Shown: one piece after another, positions 27,260-36,861 of the stretch | Position numbering within the stretch: the stretch's first letter is position 1 | Layout: each line of letters opens with the position of its first letter | Source: Abditibacterium sp. | Lineage (GTDB): Bacteria > Armatimonadota > Abditibacteriia > Abditibacteriales > Abditibacteriaceae | Direction: 5' to 3' | Assembly: GCA_965199495.1 (NCBI GenBank) | Contig: CBDASK010000003.1 | Coordinates: 4,224,001 to 4,288,000 of the forward strand | Length of the DNA stretch: 64,000 nt | Translations under genes and position numbers: made by a program | Notes under the pieces: model-generated | The model's database searches: none | What the model was told of the DNA's origin: nothing | Seen by the model: only the letters and a program-made list of their open reading frames with translations

Positions 27260-28852
27260 TTACACCGCGAAATAACTCATGCCGCGTTGCCAGTGCGCCA
27301 GACACACCGCGTCGCCCTTGTCCGGCGAACGCCCCAACCTTTGCGACACGCTTTTATTCGCCACACCCGGTTGCGAATACTTCGGTTCCAGCATAATTCC
27401 CTGGGCCGAAACGTGGTAACGCGGCGCGCACAGATCGGCTTTGAGTTCGGGATCATCGGGCAAACACAATCCCTCGCCGTGAACCGGATCGAGCGCCTCG
27501 CGGAGCGTCCAATACATCGCCGCTCGCACGTTGCCCAAACGATATTTGCCGCTCTTGTCTCGCAGTTTACAGGCATTGGAGGCGTTGACGGCGACGACAT
27601 CCATCCACATTTTGCCCGCCGTTTCGTCGCTCATCCGGTCGGCTCTCTCGCGCAGCGAATCGAAAACGCTGGTGCCAACGCCGGTCAAGTCGATATTAAT
27701 CGTCGCGCCCAGCCCCCACTGCTCCATTACCAGAACTGCGCCTTTGGGCCCGTCGTTGGTCGAAATGCCCTGATGCGTTACGACCGGTGCGAACCAGTGG
27801 TCGTAACGCGGCGCAATCGCAAACGCCGCCTGTCCGCCGCGCGACGGGTCAACGCCCAGACACGAAAGCGGGATCGGCGCCCCATCCGCGCGCACCGGAC
27901 GAGGCTGGCGGCGCCCGCGCTCCATCGCAGCCTCGACCCACGCCGTCGGGATGCACTGCCACGCGTCGTCCATCACGCCCGCCGTGAAGTCGCCACTGCG
28001 CAACTGCGAGCGCAGCGGCTCCGGCAACATCGAGAGCGTCTGGTCGTAGTTGGTCGCCGCTAAGACCGGGTTATCGCTCAGCTTGGCCGGAATAAAGGTG
28101 CGGCTCTGCGGAAAGATGAACTGCGGCGTGCCGTCCGGCTTGAGAACGGGTTGGCCTTGCGCGTCGGTTTCGGGGATCGGCGAGCCGTCCGGAACTTCGC
28201 GCTCTTTGTTACCGATGCGCGCGAACCAGCGCACCTCGCCCGCGCGCGCCGGATTAGGATGCTTGGGATCAAGCCACGGCGCGAAGAACTCAAGCACCCA
28301 CATTCCTTCGGCGGAAGTCGGCGGGTTAAAAGTGAGAATGACTCGCGTGCGCTGGCTGGCATCGGGCGAACGCACCCAACCGATGAGCGCCTCAATCATT
28401 GAGCGCGGCCATTCGGTCGCTTCGTCTATCCCCAAAAAGTCGCGCGTGCGACCGCGCCACTTCTTGAGCAGGTCGGCCTCGCGCTGCACGGCGGCAAAGC
28501 GGATTTTATGACGGCGCGTTTTGCCGCCGGTCGTTTTCCACTGGCCGTGCCACACGCGCGTCGAACCGTTGTAATCGCCGACATCATCGAGAATCTCGTG
28601 CGAGCGATCAATGATGTCGTCCAACTGCGGATACTCGCGCCGGAAGATGTCGGCCTTGCGGTGCAGCGTGGCCGCTGCACCCAGCAAGAGGTCAGTTTTG
28701 CCTCCACCGGCTTGGCCGCCAAATCCGACGACGAAAGCCGGGCTTTCAATCGCCATCTGCTGCGGCGAATTGGGGTAGGGCGTCCACTCAATCTTCGTCG
28801 TTGTCGTCTTCTTCGCTCGCGTTTTCCCACGGCGCTTCGACCGTTGCTCCAT
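27260..28852 (-). CDS. terL: Terminase large subunit (start uncertain)
   Basis: Walker A GGQAGGGKT, Walker B LGIDEA, TFNPP, nuclease LGVDPSRGG, RSPDKGDA. Confidence 0.93.
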   Translation of the reverse strand: MEQRSKRRGKTRAKKTTTTKIEWTPYPNSPQQMAIESPAFVVGFGGQAGGGKTDLLLGAAATLHRKADIFRREYPQLDDIIDRSHEILDDVGDYNGSTRVWHGQWKTTGGKTRRHKIRFAAVQREADLLKKWRGRTRDFLGIDEATEWPRSMIEALIGWVRSPDASQRTRVILTFNPPTSAEGMWVLEFFAPWLDPKHPNPARAGEVRWFARIGNKEREVPDGSPIPETDAQGQPVLKPDGTPQFIFPQSRTFIPAKLSDNPVLAATNYDQTLSMLPEPLRSQLRSGDFTAGVMDDAWQCIPTAWVEAAMERGRRQPRPVRADGAPIPLSCLGVDPSRGGQAAFAIAPRYDHWFAPVVTHQGISTNDGPKGAVLVMEQWGLGATINIDLTGVGTSVFDSLRERADRMSDETAGKMWMDVVAVNASNACKLRDKSGKYRLGNVRAAMYWTLREALDPVHGEGLCLPDDPELKADLCAPRYHVSAQGIMLEPKYSQPGVANKSVSQRLGRSPDKGDAVCLAHWQRGMSYFAV

Positions 28853-29426
28853 TTTTGCGGAGAGTCTCAGTGAGTTGGGCGAGAATGTCTTCATCGGGAA
28901 CTTCGTCCAATTTTAGCGAATTGCGAAAGCCCCACAACTCGCACCAGGCTTTGGCGCTACTCACGGCTGCGACATCGTAGCGCGCGCTCGTGTTGCGATC
29001 CCATTTGGCGGGCACTAAGATGAACTCGCCGTTTGGGCCGGTTCCGCCCGACTCCATCAATGGTAACGCGTCGAGCTTGCCACTGATCTCTAACTTGCGC
29101 AGCGCCGCCTGACTGAGCGCGGTTCGCATTTTGTCCAACGTGTCCAGCGCTGAGTCTCGGTCTTTGGCCAGTTGCTCTCGGTCCCACGCGCCCGCTCTCT
29201 CTCTCCAACTCCATCTGATCGCGGTCGTTTTCCATGTTGCTGAAAGCTGGGGCTTTTTGGGGCTTTTTGAGGCCTTTGCGTAAAAAATTTTATACGCCGT
29301 GCGCAGTGACCGACGCGGCCCCAAAACCAGATACGCGTTGAACCACGCGAAATGGGTGACGGGTTCTTCCGGTTGCTGCTCGTAAAGCGGAGCGTCTTCG
29401 GAGAGAGCTTTGATTTCATCGGACAC
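28788..29426 (-). CDS. Putative terminase small subunit
   Basis: Directly upstream of TerL; N-terminal RSLR...W...WRERAGAWD pattern. Confidence 0.65.
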   Translation of the reverse strand: MSDEIKALSEDAPLYEQQPEEPVTHFAWFNAYLVLGPRRSLRTAYKIFYAKASKSPKKPQLSATWKTTAIRWSWRERAGAWDREQLAKDRDSALDTLDKMRTALSQAALRKLEISGKLDALPLMESGGTGPNGEFILVPAKWDRNTSARYDVAAVSSAKAWCELWGFRNSLKLDEVPDEDILAQLTETLRKNGATVEAPWENASEEDDNDED

Positions 29427-29496
29427 GGCACAAAGTTAGACGCAAATTAACCATAAAGGACACAAAGAACACACGAATAAACATAGAGAGTCGCGC

Positions 29497-30225
29497 CTAT
29501 GGCCCAGCTAAGAACTCAGCGGCCAGCAGTTCCACGACCTGACCGTGCAAAAGCGGCCCGTCGCCCGGCAACTCCAATCCGTCGGCTTGCAAACGCGCGC
29601 GCACTCGCTCAATGGCATCCACGTAGACGGCGTGGCTGGACTGCGGCATGGTCGCCGTGAACGATTGCATTGCCTCGGTTTCGCCCGACGCCTCGCCGCT
29701 CTCTCCCGCGCTCTCGCTCGTGGCCTTCACCGATTCCCAATCGAACTCGGCCAATCGCAGCAGTTCCGCCAGTTCTTCGTCGGAGTAGGGCAACCCAATC
29801 GCCAGTTCCGCGCCGCCGGTCGTCTCGCCGATTTCGGCCAAGAGCGCCGCCAGGTCAACCGTATTGGCGCGCCCGCGCGTTTCGTTCAGGATGATCGTCA
29901 GCTTCTTGGCGTCGGCATCGCTCAATGCGCCCAGATTGACGACCGGCAGTTCGTTCTTCTCGAAGAGCGTCTCCAACGACGGATGATATTCGCCGCAATC
30001 GCCCGCTTTCCAATTCTCGCGCAGTTCGCCAAACGCGCGCCAGCGATGTTCCCCGTCAATGATCATCACGCCGTTCTCGCCCTCGATTTCGCGCACGGTG
30101 ATCGGGTCGATGAAGCCAAAGCGCGCGATGGACTCCAACTCGGCGCGATAAACGCGGTCGGGCATCACGTTGGGGTTGTAAGCATTGGGTGCGATCTGAG
30201 CGTAAGGCAAGGTTTGATGATTCAT
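29497..30225 (-). CDS. ParB/Srx N-terminal domain protein
   Basis: PNAYNPN, SIARFGFIDPI, IIDGEHRWRA, LNETRG. Confidence 0.85.
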   Translation of the reverse strand: MNHQTLPYAQIAPNAYNPNVMPDRVYRAELESIARFGFIDPITVREIEGENGVMIIDGEHRWRAFGELRENWKAGDCGEYHPSLETLFEKNELPVVNLGALSDADAKKLTIILNETRGRANTVDLAALLAEIGETTGGAELAIGLPYSDEELAELLRLAEFDWESVKATSESAGESGEASGETEAMQSFTATMPQSSHAVYVDAIERVRARLQADGLELPGDGPLLHGQVVELLAAEFLAGP

Positions 30226-30671
30226 TTGCGTCGTTTCTTCTTCGAGGCTTTAGCTTCCTTTTGCGGTGGTTCGATGTTCAATTCCCACCTGTCGAAGTCA
30301 TCGTTGAACGCAAACCCCATTTTGAGAAGCCACGGCAAAGAAAATTCGGTCGCTCGCCCGGTGACGACCTGGCGTGTTTCTGGGAAGCGTCTCAACAATT
30401 CTTTGAACATTGCGGTCATGATGCCGCAACGTCGCAAATAGCTGGGAACAAAGCACTGCGCGATGGCAAGAACCCGCCCTGTGTCTTCTCGATACCAAAG
30501 CCAACCGTAAGGCGCTCTCGCCGCGAAGCTTTTGGCCTCGATAGCCTCTACACCCTCGCATCCAGAAAAAGATTGTGCGAACGTCAATTTTGTGCCGCCG
30601 TTTTGGATGCTCTCGCGTAGCGGCGCCCAACTCTCAAGACTTTGCATGGCTCGTTTTAATTTTTTGTTCAT
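30222..30671 (-). CDS. GNAT-family acyltransferase
   Basis: FVPSYLRRCGIMTAMF (motif A-like) and PWLLKMGF. Confidence 0.65.
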   Translation of the reverse strand: MNKKLKRAMQSLESWAPLRESIQNGGTKLTFAQSFSGCEGVEAIEAKSFAARAPYGWLWYREDTGRVLAIAQCFVPSYLRRCGIMTAMFKELLRRFPETRQVVTGRATEFSLPWLLKMGFAFNDDFDRWELNIEPPQKEAKASKKKRRK

Positions 30672-30684
30672 GTGCTTTTCTCAC

Positions 30685-31509
30685 TTAATCCACCCATACG
30701 ACGCCGCGCCTCTCCCACAGATCGGTCATCGTCTCTTCCAACTTCAACAGATTGCGGATGCTGCGGCGGCAGATCAGTTCCAGTCCCGCCTGCGAGCGCG
30801 ACGACGGTAACGCGCCCGATCCGACGATGTCGCCGTTGCGCCCGTTCTCCATCACCATTTTGCCGTAGCGAAAGCAGTTCACCCACGACGACGAATCGGC
30901 GGAGTAAAACGGAAACGCTTCGAGCATCGCCTGGCCGGTCGCCGCCAATCCGTGGAAGCGCGGCAGACCTTTCACGCCATGCGCGCGCACCAGATGTCCC
31001 AGCACCTCGCGCAGCCACGCGCACCGTTTGGCGGTCGACAAATCGTTGCGCGGCGAGAGGCCGATCACGGCTTTCGTATCGGGACGGCGCGCGATCAGTT
31101 CGTCCAGAAAACTCCATGGCTCGTTCTGGTGAAAGACTTCCACTGTGCACAATCCCGCGCCCCGCAAAGCATCGGCGTTACAAAGGCTCTGCTTCATGCC
31201 CTGCGCGATCTCGCTCGCCGTGGCTGTGCGCCCGGCCTCTCCCGGAATTACGTCCAGATTGATGATGTGGGCGATGGGCCACTTCTCCTGCACGCGGCGC
31301 GCAATCGGCAAATACTGCGTAAGCGTCACCGGCACGCCCGCGTTCCACGCCGAAAACGCGCCCGAATCCAGCAGCAGATAACCGGGCATATAAGGCAACT
31401 GTTCCAACCCACCCATGTAAATCTGCGAACACAGGATGTTGGGCGGCGCCTCCGAGGCGATGATGTGTTGAGCATTGCCGTTGCTCGACACGGCGAAAAC
31501 CATCTTCAT
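30685..31509 (-). CDS. dpdA: DpdA-like DNA guanine transglycosylase (TGT fold)
   Basis: LLDSGAFSAW, LDVIPG, FHGLA, PFYSADSSSW; adjacent to que genes. Confidence 0.8.
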   Translation of the reverse strand: MKMVFAVSSNGNAQHIIASEAPPNILCSQIYMGGLEQLPYMPGYLLLDSGAFSAWNAGVPVTLTQYLPIARRVQEKWPIAHIINLDVIPGEAGRTATASEIAQGMKQSLCNADALRGAGLCTVEVFHQNEPWSFLDELIARRPDTKAVIGLSPRNDLSTAKRCAWLREVLGHLVRAHGVKGLPRFHGLAATGQAMLEAFPFYSADSSSWVNCFRYGKMVMENGRNGDIVGSGALPSSRSQAGLELICRRSIRNLLKLEETMTDLWERRGVVWVD

Positions 31510-32822
31510 AGCGGTTTATATCCCGGTGGCTTCGCGTCGTTTCCGTCAATGCCGGATGCTTTAAGAAAATCAATGGACAAACTTGAGCCAGAACCATCCA
31601 CGCGATCATCGTTTTCCATCGCCGTGCGATGAGCCGTCACGACAAGGCCAATGCCGCCGCGCCGGTTCTGGGTGACTGTGACGCAGCATGAACTCGGCTC
31701 AATCGCAGCCATCACGTCGGCGGCGATGCGCGCGGCCAACTGCTCGCAGAACATTCCCTCATCGCGAAACGCCCACAGATAGAACTTGAGCGCCTTCGAT
31801 TCGAGCGCCCACTCGCCCGGTTCGCAGGAGATCGAAACCGTGCCGAAGTCGGGTTGGCCAGAGCGCGGGCAAACGCTGGTGAATTCCTCGCACGCGAAGC
31901 GAATCTGACTCACATCAGGCGCTTCGATGCGTTCGTTACGTAACGAAATCGCTGCTTCGTCCAGCGAGTTCGGGCGTGGCAATGGACCGCTTTTGGGCAG
32001 AGACGCCATTTCTCTCTCTCCGACGTGCAGTTGCGCGTTGAATTCTATCTTGATTTCCTTGGCCGCTCCAGACTCCTGCATTTTGACATTCCATTGAGCG
32101 ACGATTTCGGTAGAACCGCTCCAATCGAAGAAGCCTTTTGCGCGCGTTTGGCACGCCGGACAAAATCCGCAACCGTAGCCCCACGGATAGTGCTGCGTAT
32201 GATTGCCGTTGTAGCAGGTGTGCGTATGCTGAATGATCGTTTCCGTCACGCTCAGTTCATCGGCCAACATCCACGTTTGCGATTTGCTGAGATGCATCAG
32301 CGGCGTTACGATTTCCAGTTCAGAAAAGTCCATGCCCAAACGGAGCGCATTTCCCAACTGCCGGATCGTATTTTCGCGGCAGTCGGGATAGCCCGCGTGA
32401 TCTTCCTGGCAGACGCCGGTGTAAACCCGCGTCGCGTTCTGCTTCATGGCGAACGCCGCCGCCAGCGTCAAAAACGCCAGATTACGGCCCGGCACGAACG
32501 AAGCGGGCAAATGCGCCAATTTGGGATGCGCCTGGCTCACGTCGCCGCCCGTCACCAGAGCCGAATCGGCAAAATCGCACAAAGCGGGCACCTGCGACAC
32601 GAAAAGCGGCACGTTCGCCAGTGACGCGATCTGCGCGGCGAAGCGGCCTTCGATTTCGTGCTTCTGGCCGTATTGAAAATGAATCGCGGCCACGACTTCG
32701 CACTCGCGTTGCGCCAGAAACAGACACGTCGCCGAGTCTTGACCGCCGCTCAAAACGACGATGGCGCGCGGTTTGGTTTCGAGTTGAGAACCGAGTTCGG
32801 GAGGAAGGGGAGAAGTAATCAT
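31506..32822 (-). CDS. queC: QueC (preQ0 synthase) fused to a C-terminal QueF nitrile reductase domain
   Basis: SGGQDS, VPGRN, YPDCR, CY...CGFCPAC; then EFTSVCPRSGQPDF, ESKALKFY, RRGGI. Confidence 0.92.
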   Translation of the reverse strand: MITSPLPPELGSQLETKPRAIVVLSGGQDSATCLFLAQRECEVVAAIHFQYGQKHEIEGRFAAQIASLANVPLFVSQVPALCDFADSALVTGGDVSQAHPKLAHLPASFVPGRNLAFLTLAAAFAMKQNATRVYTGVCQEDHAGYPDCRENTIRQLGNALRLGMDFSELEIVTPLMHLSKSQTWMLADELSVTETIIQHTHTCYNGNHTQHYPWGYGCGFCPACQTRAKGFFDWSGSTEIVAQWNVKMQESGAAKEIKIEFNAQLHVGEREMASLPKSGPLPRPNSLDEAAISLRNERIEAPDVSQIRFACEEFTSVCPRSGQPDFGTVSISCEPGEWALESKALKFYLWAFRDEGMFCEQLAARIAADVMAAIEPSSCCVTVTQNRRGGIGLVVTAHRTAMENDDRVDGSGSSLSIDFLKASGIDGNDAKPPGYKPL

Positions 32823-32855
32823 AGAGTGAGTTGGCAGGGAGCCATTTTTTAGCTA

Positions 32856-33251
32856 TCAATCGGCATCGAACGGGCGCTCTTTGGCCCAGATCGCGTCGAG
32901 TTCGTCGGGACTTCGAACCACGTGAACCGTGATGCCAAATTTCTTGGCGAAAAGAGCGAACCGCTTTTGCGAATCGGTCAGAGTTCCCTTTGCGGTTTTG
33001 ACTTCGATCAGCAGGAACCGCCCACCGCGCACATCGCCTTTGAGGGCCAACACATCGGGAAAACCGGAGATCGCGTTGAGTGTGGCGATGATGTAAGTTC
33101 GGATGAGGTTGCCCGCTTTGTCCCATCCGCCGCCGCCGTTGATGCGCACCGTGAGCCAGCCGCCCGCCACCAGACGCCGGATCACCGCGCGTTGCACTTC
33201 GGCCTCGCTGGGGTTGGGCGCGCGCAGTTTGAGCGTCTTAGGTGCTTTCAT
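32856..33251 (-). CDS. VRR-NUC (PD-D/ExK) nuclease
   Basis: SEAEVQ, GFPDV, IEVKTAKGTLTDSQ. Confidence 0.85.
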   Translation of the reverse strand: MKAPKTLKLRAPNPSEAEVQRAVIRRLVAGGWLTVRINGGGGWDKAGNLIRTYIIATLNAISGFPDVLALKGDVRGGRFLLIEVKTAKGTLTDSQKRFALFAKKFGITVHVVRSPDELDAIWAKERPFDAD

Positions 33252-33450
33252 ATTCGTCGTCGTCCAACTCGTAGTAGCCGTGTTCCAACCGAAGTTCGGC
33301 ATCTTTGCGCCTTCGCCCAATCGGGTAAGGCGTCACTATCCGCACCCACACGCCAGCGCACTTTTCGTCCTCGTAAACCTCAATGCGCGCGCCCTCGACT
33401 AAACCGCCGCGCTTGTCGATGGTTTTGAGCAAAACGATGGTGCGGGGCAT
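33238..33450 (-). CDS. Small hypothetical protein
   Basis: MPRTIVLLK... ORF between folE and VRR-NUC. Confidence 0.5.
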   Translation of the reverse strand: MPRTIVLLKTIDKRGGLVEGARIEVYEDEKCAGVWVRIVTPYPIGRRRKDAELRLEHGYYELDDDEYEST

Positions 33451-33455
33451 CGAAA

Positions 33456-34088
33456 TTAGCGCGCGGCGATCAAACTCAGCGCTTCGGCGCGCGCGGCGTG
33501 GTCGTTCTCGAAGAGTCCGCGCACTTCGCTGGTGATCATGCGGCTGTTTTGTTTGCCCACGCCGCGCGAACAGATGCAGGTATGGCGCGCGCTCAAAACG
33601 ACCATCACGCCGCGCGCGCTCAAATGGGTTTCGATGGCGTTGGCGATCTGGGCCGTCAAACGCTCCTGCACCTGCAAGCGCAGGGCAAAGCAATCGAGCA
33701 AGCGCGCCAGCTTGGAGATGCCGACGATGTTGCCCGATTCATTGGGAATATAGACGATGTGCGCCTCGCCAAAGAATGGCGCCAGATGATGCTCGCAGGT
33801 CGAGTGAAACTCCGAACCGGCCAGAATTACCATGCCGTTATAAGTGGCGGGCACCGCGTCCTGGGTGAAGTTACGCGCCAGAATCTCGTCGGAATTCTGG
33901 CCGTAGCCAGCCGTCTTTTCGGCGAACATCTTCAAGAATCGCGCGGGCGTGTCTTTGAGACCATCGCGGTAAGGGTCTTCTCCGGGAATATCAAACAACA
34001 ATTGGCGAATGCCAGTCGCCGGAACGCTTTCCTCTCGCGACGCTCGGCTTGACGCCGTGACTTCGCCGTCATCAAAATACTGGCTCAT
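33456..34088 (-). CDS. folE: GTP cyclohydrolase I
   Basis: GLKDTPAR, CEHHLAPF, GISKLAR, QVQERLT, HTCICSRG. Confidence 0.95.
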   Translation of the reverse strand: MSQYFDDGEVTASSRASREESVPATGIRQLLFDIPGEDPYRDGLKDTPARFLKMFAEKTAGYGQNSDEILARNFTQDAVPATYNGMVILAGSEFHSTCEHHLAPFFGEAHIVYIPNESGNIVGISKLARLLDCFALRLQVQERLTAQIANAIETHLSARGVMVVLSARHTCICSRGVGKQNSRMITSEVRGLFENDHAARAEALSLIAAR

Positions 34089-34804
34089 CAGATGCTGTCT
34101 CCTTTGGAATGTTGGCCGCCCAGTGGCACCGGCGGCGCGCTACGCGGATCGAGCGCGTCGCACTTGTAGTTTTTGTGGAGTTGCCATCCGGCGCGCACGA
34201 TGCTGTCACCGCAGGGATAAGCGGACTTCACGGTTTCGGTAATCAATCGCAGAATTTTGGGGTTGTTGCGCTGGCTCCATTCGGGATGCAGCCACACGCT
34301 CTTGCGGCGTGCGCTTCGATAAATCAACGATAAATCGCGTTCCAATGACTCGGCGCTCTCAACGATGATTTTGAATTCATGGGCCGCGTCATTATTCTCA
34401 TGGCACGGCGGGGCGCCCGCGCCTTTGGGCGACAGCGTGATCCAGTCGAAAGCGTCAAGTAAACGGCGACTCATCGGGCGATGGCCCGCTGTTTCCAGAT
34501 GGACACGACGCCCAATTCGGTGTAGCTCGCTCACCAGTGGCTCCAGATCGTAGAGCGTCGGCTCGCCGCCCGTCAACACCACAAATGCCCGCTTCGACGA
34601 TTCCATATTGACGTGATCGGCGATGTCGCGCTCGGTTAATCGGCGCGCGTTCGCGGGTTTCCAGTCGGGGTGCCATGTCGCGGCGGCATCACAAAATTCG
34701 CAACGCTGGTCGCAACCCATCAAGCGCACGAAGTAGGCCGCGCGGCCCATGTGGTCGCCCTCACCCTGGAACGCGCCGAACGTTTCCTGCACGTTAAAAA
34801 TCAT
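34088..34804 (-). CDS. queE: 7-carboxy-7-deazaguanine synthase (radical SAM)
   Basis: FQGEG, GCDQRCEFCD, LTGGEP, LETAG, SPK, QLHK. Confidence 0.93.
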   Translation of the reverse strand: MIFNVQETFGAFQGEGDHMGRAAYFVRLMGCDQRCEFCDAAATWHPDWKPANARRLTERDIADHVNMESSKRAFVVLTGGEPTLYDLEPLVSELHRIGRRVHLETAGHRPMSRRLLDAFDWITLSPKGAGAPPCHENNDAAHEFKIIVESAESLERDLSLIYRSARRKSVWLHPEWSQRNNPKILRLITETVKSAYPCGDSIVRAGWQLHKNYKCDALDPRSAPPVPLGGQHSKGDSI

Positions 34805-35163
34805 GAGGATTCCTCATACTCGACCCAAGTTTTAGGCGTCTCACTCACGCGCAACTTTACTAATTCGGGAAACATCTTTCGGGCGACGTGAAACAAAACA
34901 CAGGCTAGCATCTCCGTCGTCGGGTTGGTTTCGTCGAAAGGCGGAATGTCGTTGAGCGTTCGATGATCGAACTTCTCATCCAAAATCTGCTTGAAGCGGT
35001 CGAGGTCGCGAAATGGGCGCACGAAGCCAATATCGTCCAGATATTCAGATCGCAGCACCAGCACGACGATATAATTGTGGCCATGCATACGAGAACAGGC
35101 CGAGTCGTCGTCGCGCAAATAATGCGACGCACAAAAATGAAATTCTTTTTCAATGGTGAACAT
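34801..35163 (-). CDS. queD: 6-carboxytetrahydropterin synthase
   Basis: FCASH, CSRMHGHNY, FDHRTLND, NPTTE, VSETPKT. Confidence 0.93.
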   Translation of the reverse strand: MFTIEKEFHFCASHYLRDDDSACSRMHGHNYIVVLVLRSEYLDDIGFVRPFRDLDRFKQILDEKFDHRTLNDIPPFDETNPTTEMLACVLFHVARKMFPELVKLRVSETPKTWVEYEESS

Positions 35164-35174
35164 AAGCAGAGTAT

Positions 35175-36029
35175 TTACTGAATCAAGGCCTCGATTTTGG
35201 CGATCAGTTGCTCGACGCTCATCGGTTTGACCCAGACCTCGCCGTTGAGTTCGCCGGTCACGATTTCGCCCGACGCGGTAAAGAGCGCCGCGCAAATCGG
35301 ATCGCCGCCCGCGCGGATGATTTTTAGCACGTCCAGCCCGGTCTCGTGCGGCATCGAATAATCGAGCAACAGAACGTCGAAAGGTTTACCGACGGCGCGC
35401 GAGCGGTTGTAAGCGGAGAGCGCGGCGCGCCCGTCGGGCGCCGTCTCAACGATGGCTCCGGACTGTTCCAGCGCCATTTTGAAAACTTCGAGCGAATCGG
35501 GTGCATCGTCGGCGAACAGAATCCGGCAACCTCGAATCGAGCGGCGGCCAGTCACGGCGGGATTGTGCAGCAGGTCGTCCACTTCGTGATGGTCTTTGTC
35601 GAGGTCGTCGGCCTGGGTCTGCCATTCGGGATTGCCCGCGCGCATCATCTTGAAAATTTCGCGCGTGCGAAAGCGGTAGACCGCAAAAGCGAACTTGACG
35701 GCTTCGAGGTCGCGCCGCGTGCGTTCGATTTCGCGCCGAGTCTGGTCGCCGCGCGCCCGCAATCCGTCGATCTGCTCGCGCTGTTCGGCTTCCTGCGTGG
35801 CAGCTTCGGCTTTGATGGCCTTGATCTCATCGCGTAGCTCAGCCTCCTGAGTCGCGGCCTCGGTCTTGATTTCCTTGATCTCGCCGCGCAGTTCGAGGCG
35901 AAACTTGCCCAGTTCATCGAGCTTTTTGCCGTCGTTTTCGCCACGGTTCTTGAGCCACTGCGCCAGCGCCGCGCCGAGGCCCAACGCGCCCACGATGGAG
36001 CCGCCGATTTGTCCGATGTCGTAAGCCAT
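35175..36029 (-). CDS. N-terminal TM + coiled coil + C-terminal response-regulator receiver domain
   Basis: ILFADD, DVLLLDYSMP, FTA, VKP conserved REC residues. Confidence 0.85.
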   Translation of the reverse strand: MAYDIGQIGGSIVGALGLGAALAQWLKNRGENDGKKLDELGKFRLELRGEIKEIKTEAATQEAELRDEIKAIKAEAATQEAEQREQIDGLRARGDQTRREIERTRRDLEAVKFAFAVYRFRTREIFKMMRAGNPEWQTQADDLDKDHHEVDDLLHNPAVTGRRSIRGCRILFADDAPDSLEVFKMALEQSGAIVETAPDGRAALSAYNRSRAVGKPFDVLLLDYSMPHETGLDVLKIIRAGGDPICAALFTASGEIVTGELNGEVWVKPMSVEQLIAKIEALIQ

Positions 36030-36464
36030 TTAAATGTCGCTGTGCAGATCTGCCTCGACCTCTGCGCGCAAATCGCGCGGCGAAGCCAGAGTTTGGCGCG
36101 CGCTCTGGGCGCGCGCCTGTTCGTAAATCACCATCAGGCCGCAGTAGACTACGACCGCCGAAAGCGCGCCCGCGATTTGTCGAGGGTCGCTTAATACGAG
36201 CAAAGTCGAAAGCGCCAGCCAGTGCCCGATATTGGCCCACAGCACGGTTTTCCACAAGCGTGAAGGCGCGTTCCAGTAGCTACAGCAAAGCAGGGCTACG
36301 CCGGTAAGAACAGCCCAGATGCCCCAGAACGCCGTCGGCACATAACGCGTAAACGCGTAAACCGCCAGGCCCACTTGCGGCTGGTCGAAGCTGACCAACA
36401 AAGCGCCGCGCACCAACGAAAACAGCGCCAACAAACGCGCCAGAGAACGCGCATTCTGTTCCAT
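36030..36464 (-). CDS. Four-TM membrane protein (holin-like candidate)
   Basis: Four hydrophobic segments; lysis cassette. Confidence 0.65.
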   Translation of the reverse strand: MEQNARSLARLLALFSLVRGALLVSFDQPQVGLAVYAFTRYVPTAFWGIWAVLTGVALLCCSYWNAPSRLWKTVLWANIGHWLALSTLLVLSDPRQIAGALSAVVVYCGLMVIYEQARAQSARQTLASPRDLRAEVEADLHSDI

Positions 36465-36736
36465 TAAGACACCTCCAAGACTTTTTTACGCGCCATTTTC
36501 TTGCGTTGTTTTGCGTTGAGATGAGGCTTTGCAATCGCCAAACGCGCGACTTCCCCCGTGACTAACTCGCGCATTTCGGGCGTGAAGGTTCGCTCAATCT
36601 GGGCGCGTGGCTCCGGCACGAACGAATGGTTCAGCGATGCACCGGCGACGCCGTTCGAGGGCTGATACTCTTGGGCGAATGCCTGACAGAGCGCGGCCAA
36701 ACCGATCAGGCCTGAGAATTGAAGGCGACGATTCAT
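36464..36736 (-). CDS. Small secreted-type protein
   Basis: Signal-peptide-like MNRRLQFSGLIGLAALCQAFA. Confidence 0.5.
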   Translation of the reverse strand: MNRRLQFSGLIGLAALCQAFAQEYQPSNGVAGASLNHSFVPEPRAQIERTFTPEMRELVTGEVARLAIAKPHLNAKQRKKMARKKVLEVS

Positions 36737-36861
36737 TGGCTTTCCTCGCTGTCCAATATTTCCGCGAAAGCCGCCCAAGTTCACCAAAATCGCGCGCAGA
36801 TGCACGAAACTGTTGATGAGCGATTCGCTGAATTTGGCGCGCGTCTTATTCAGTCGTTGCG

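Noticed and set aside
28047..28057. 11-nt match (GTAGTTGGTCG) between the reverse complement of spacer 2 and terL
   Set aside because: Too short and the flanks do not match; not evidence of self-targeting. My search by eye was not exhaustive.
35248..35259. 12-nt match (AGTTCGCCGGTC) to the reverse complement of spacer 1
   Set aside because: Short GC-rich match expected by chance; no extension
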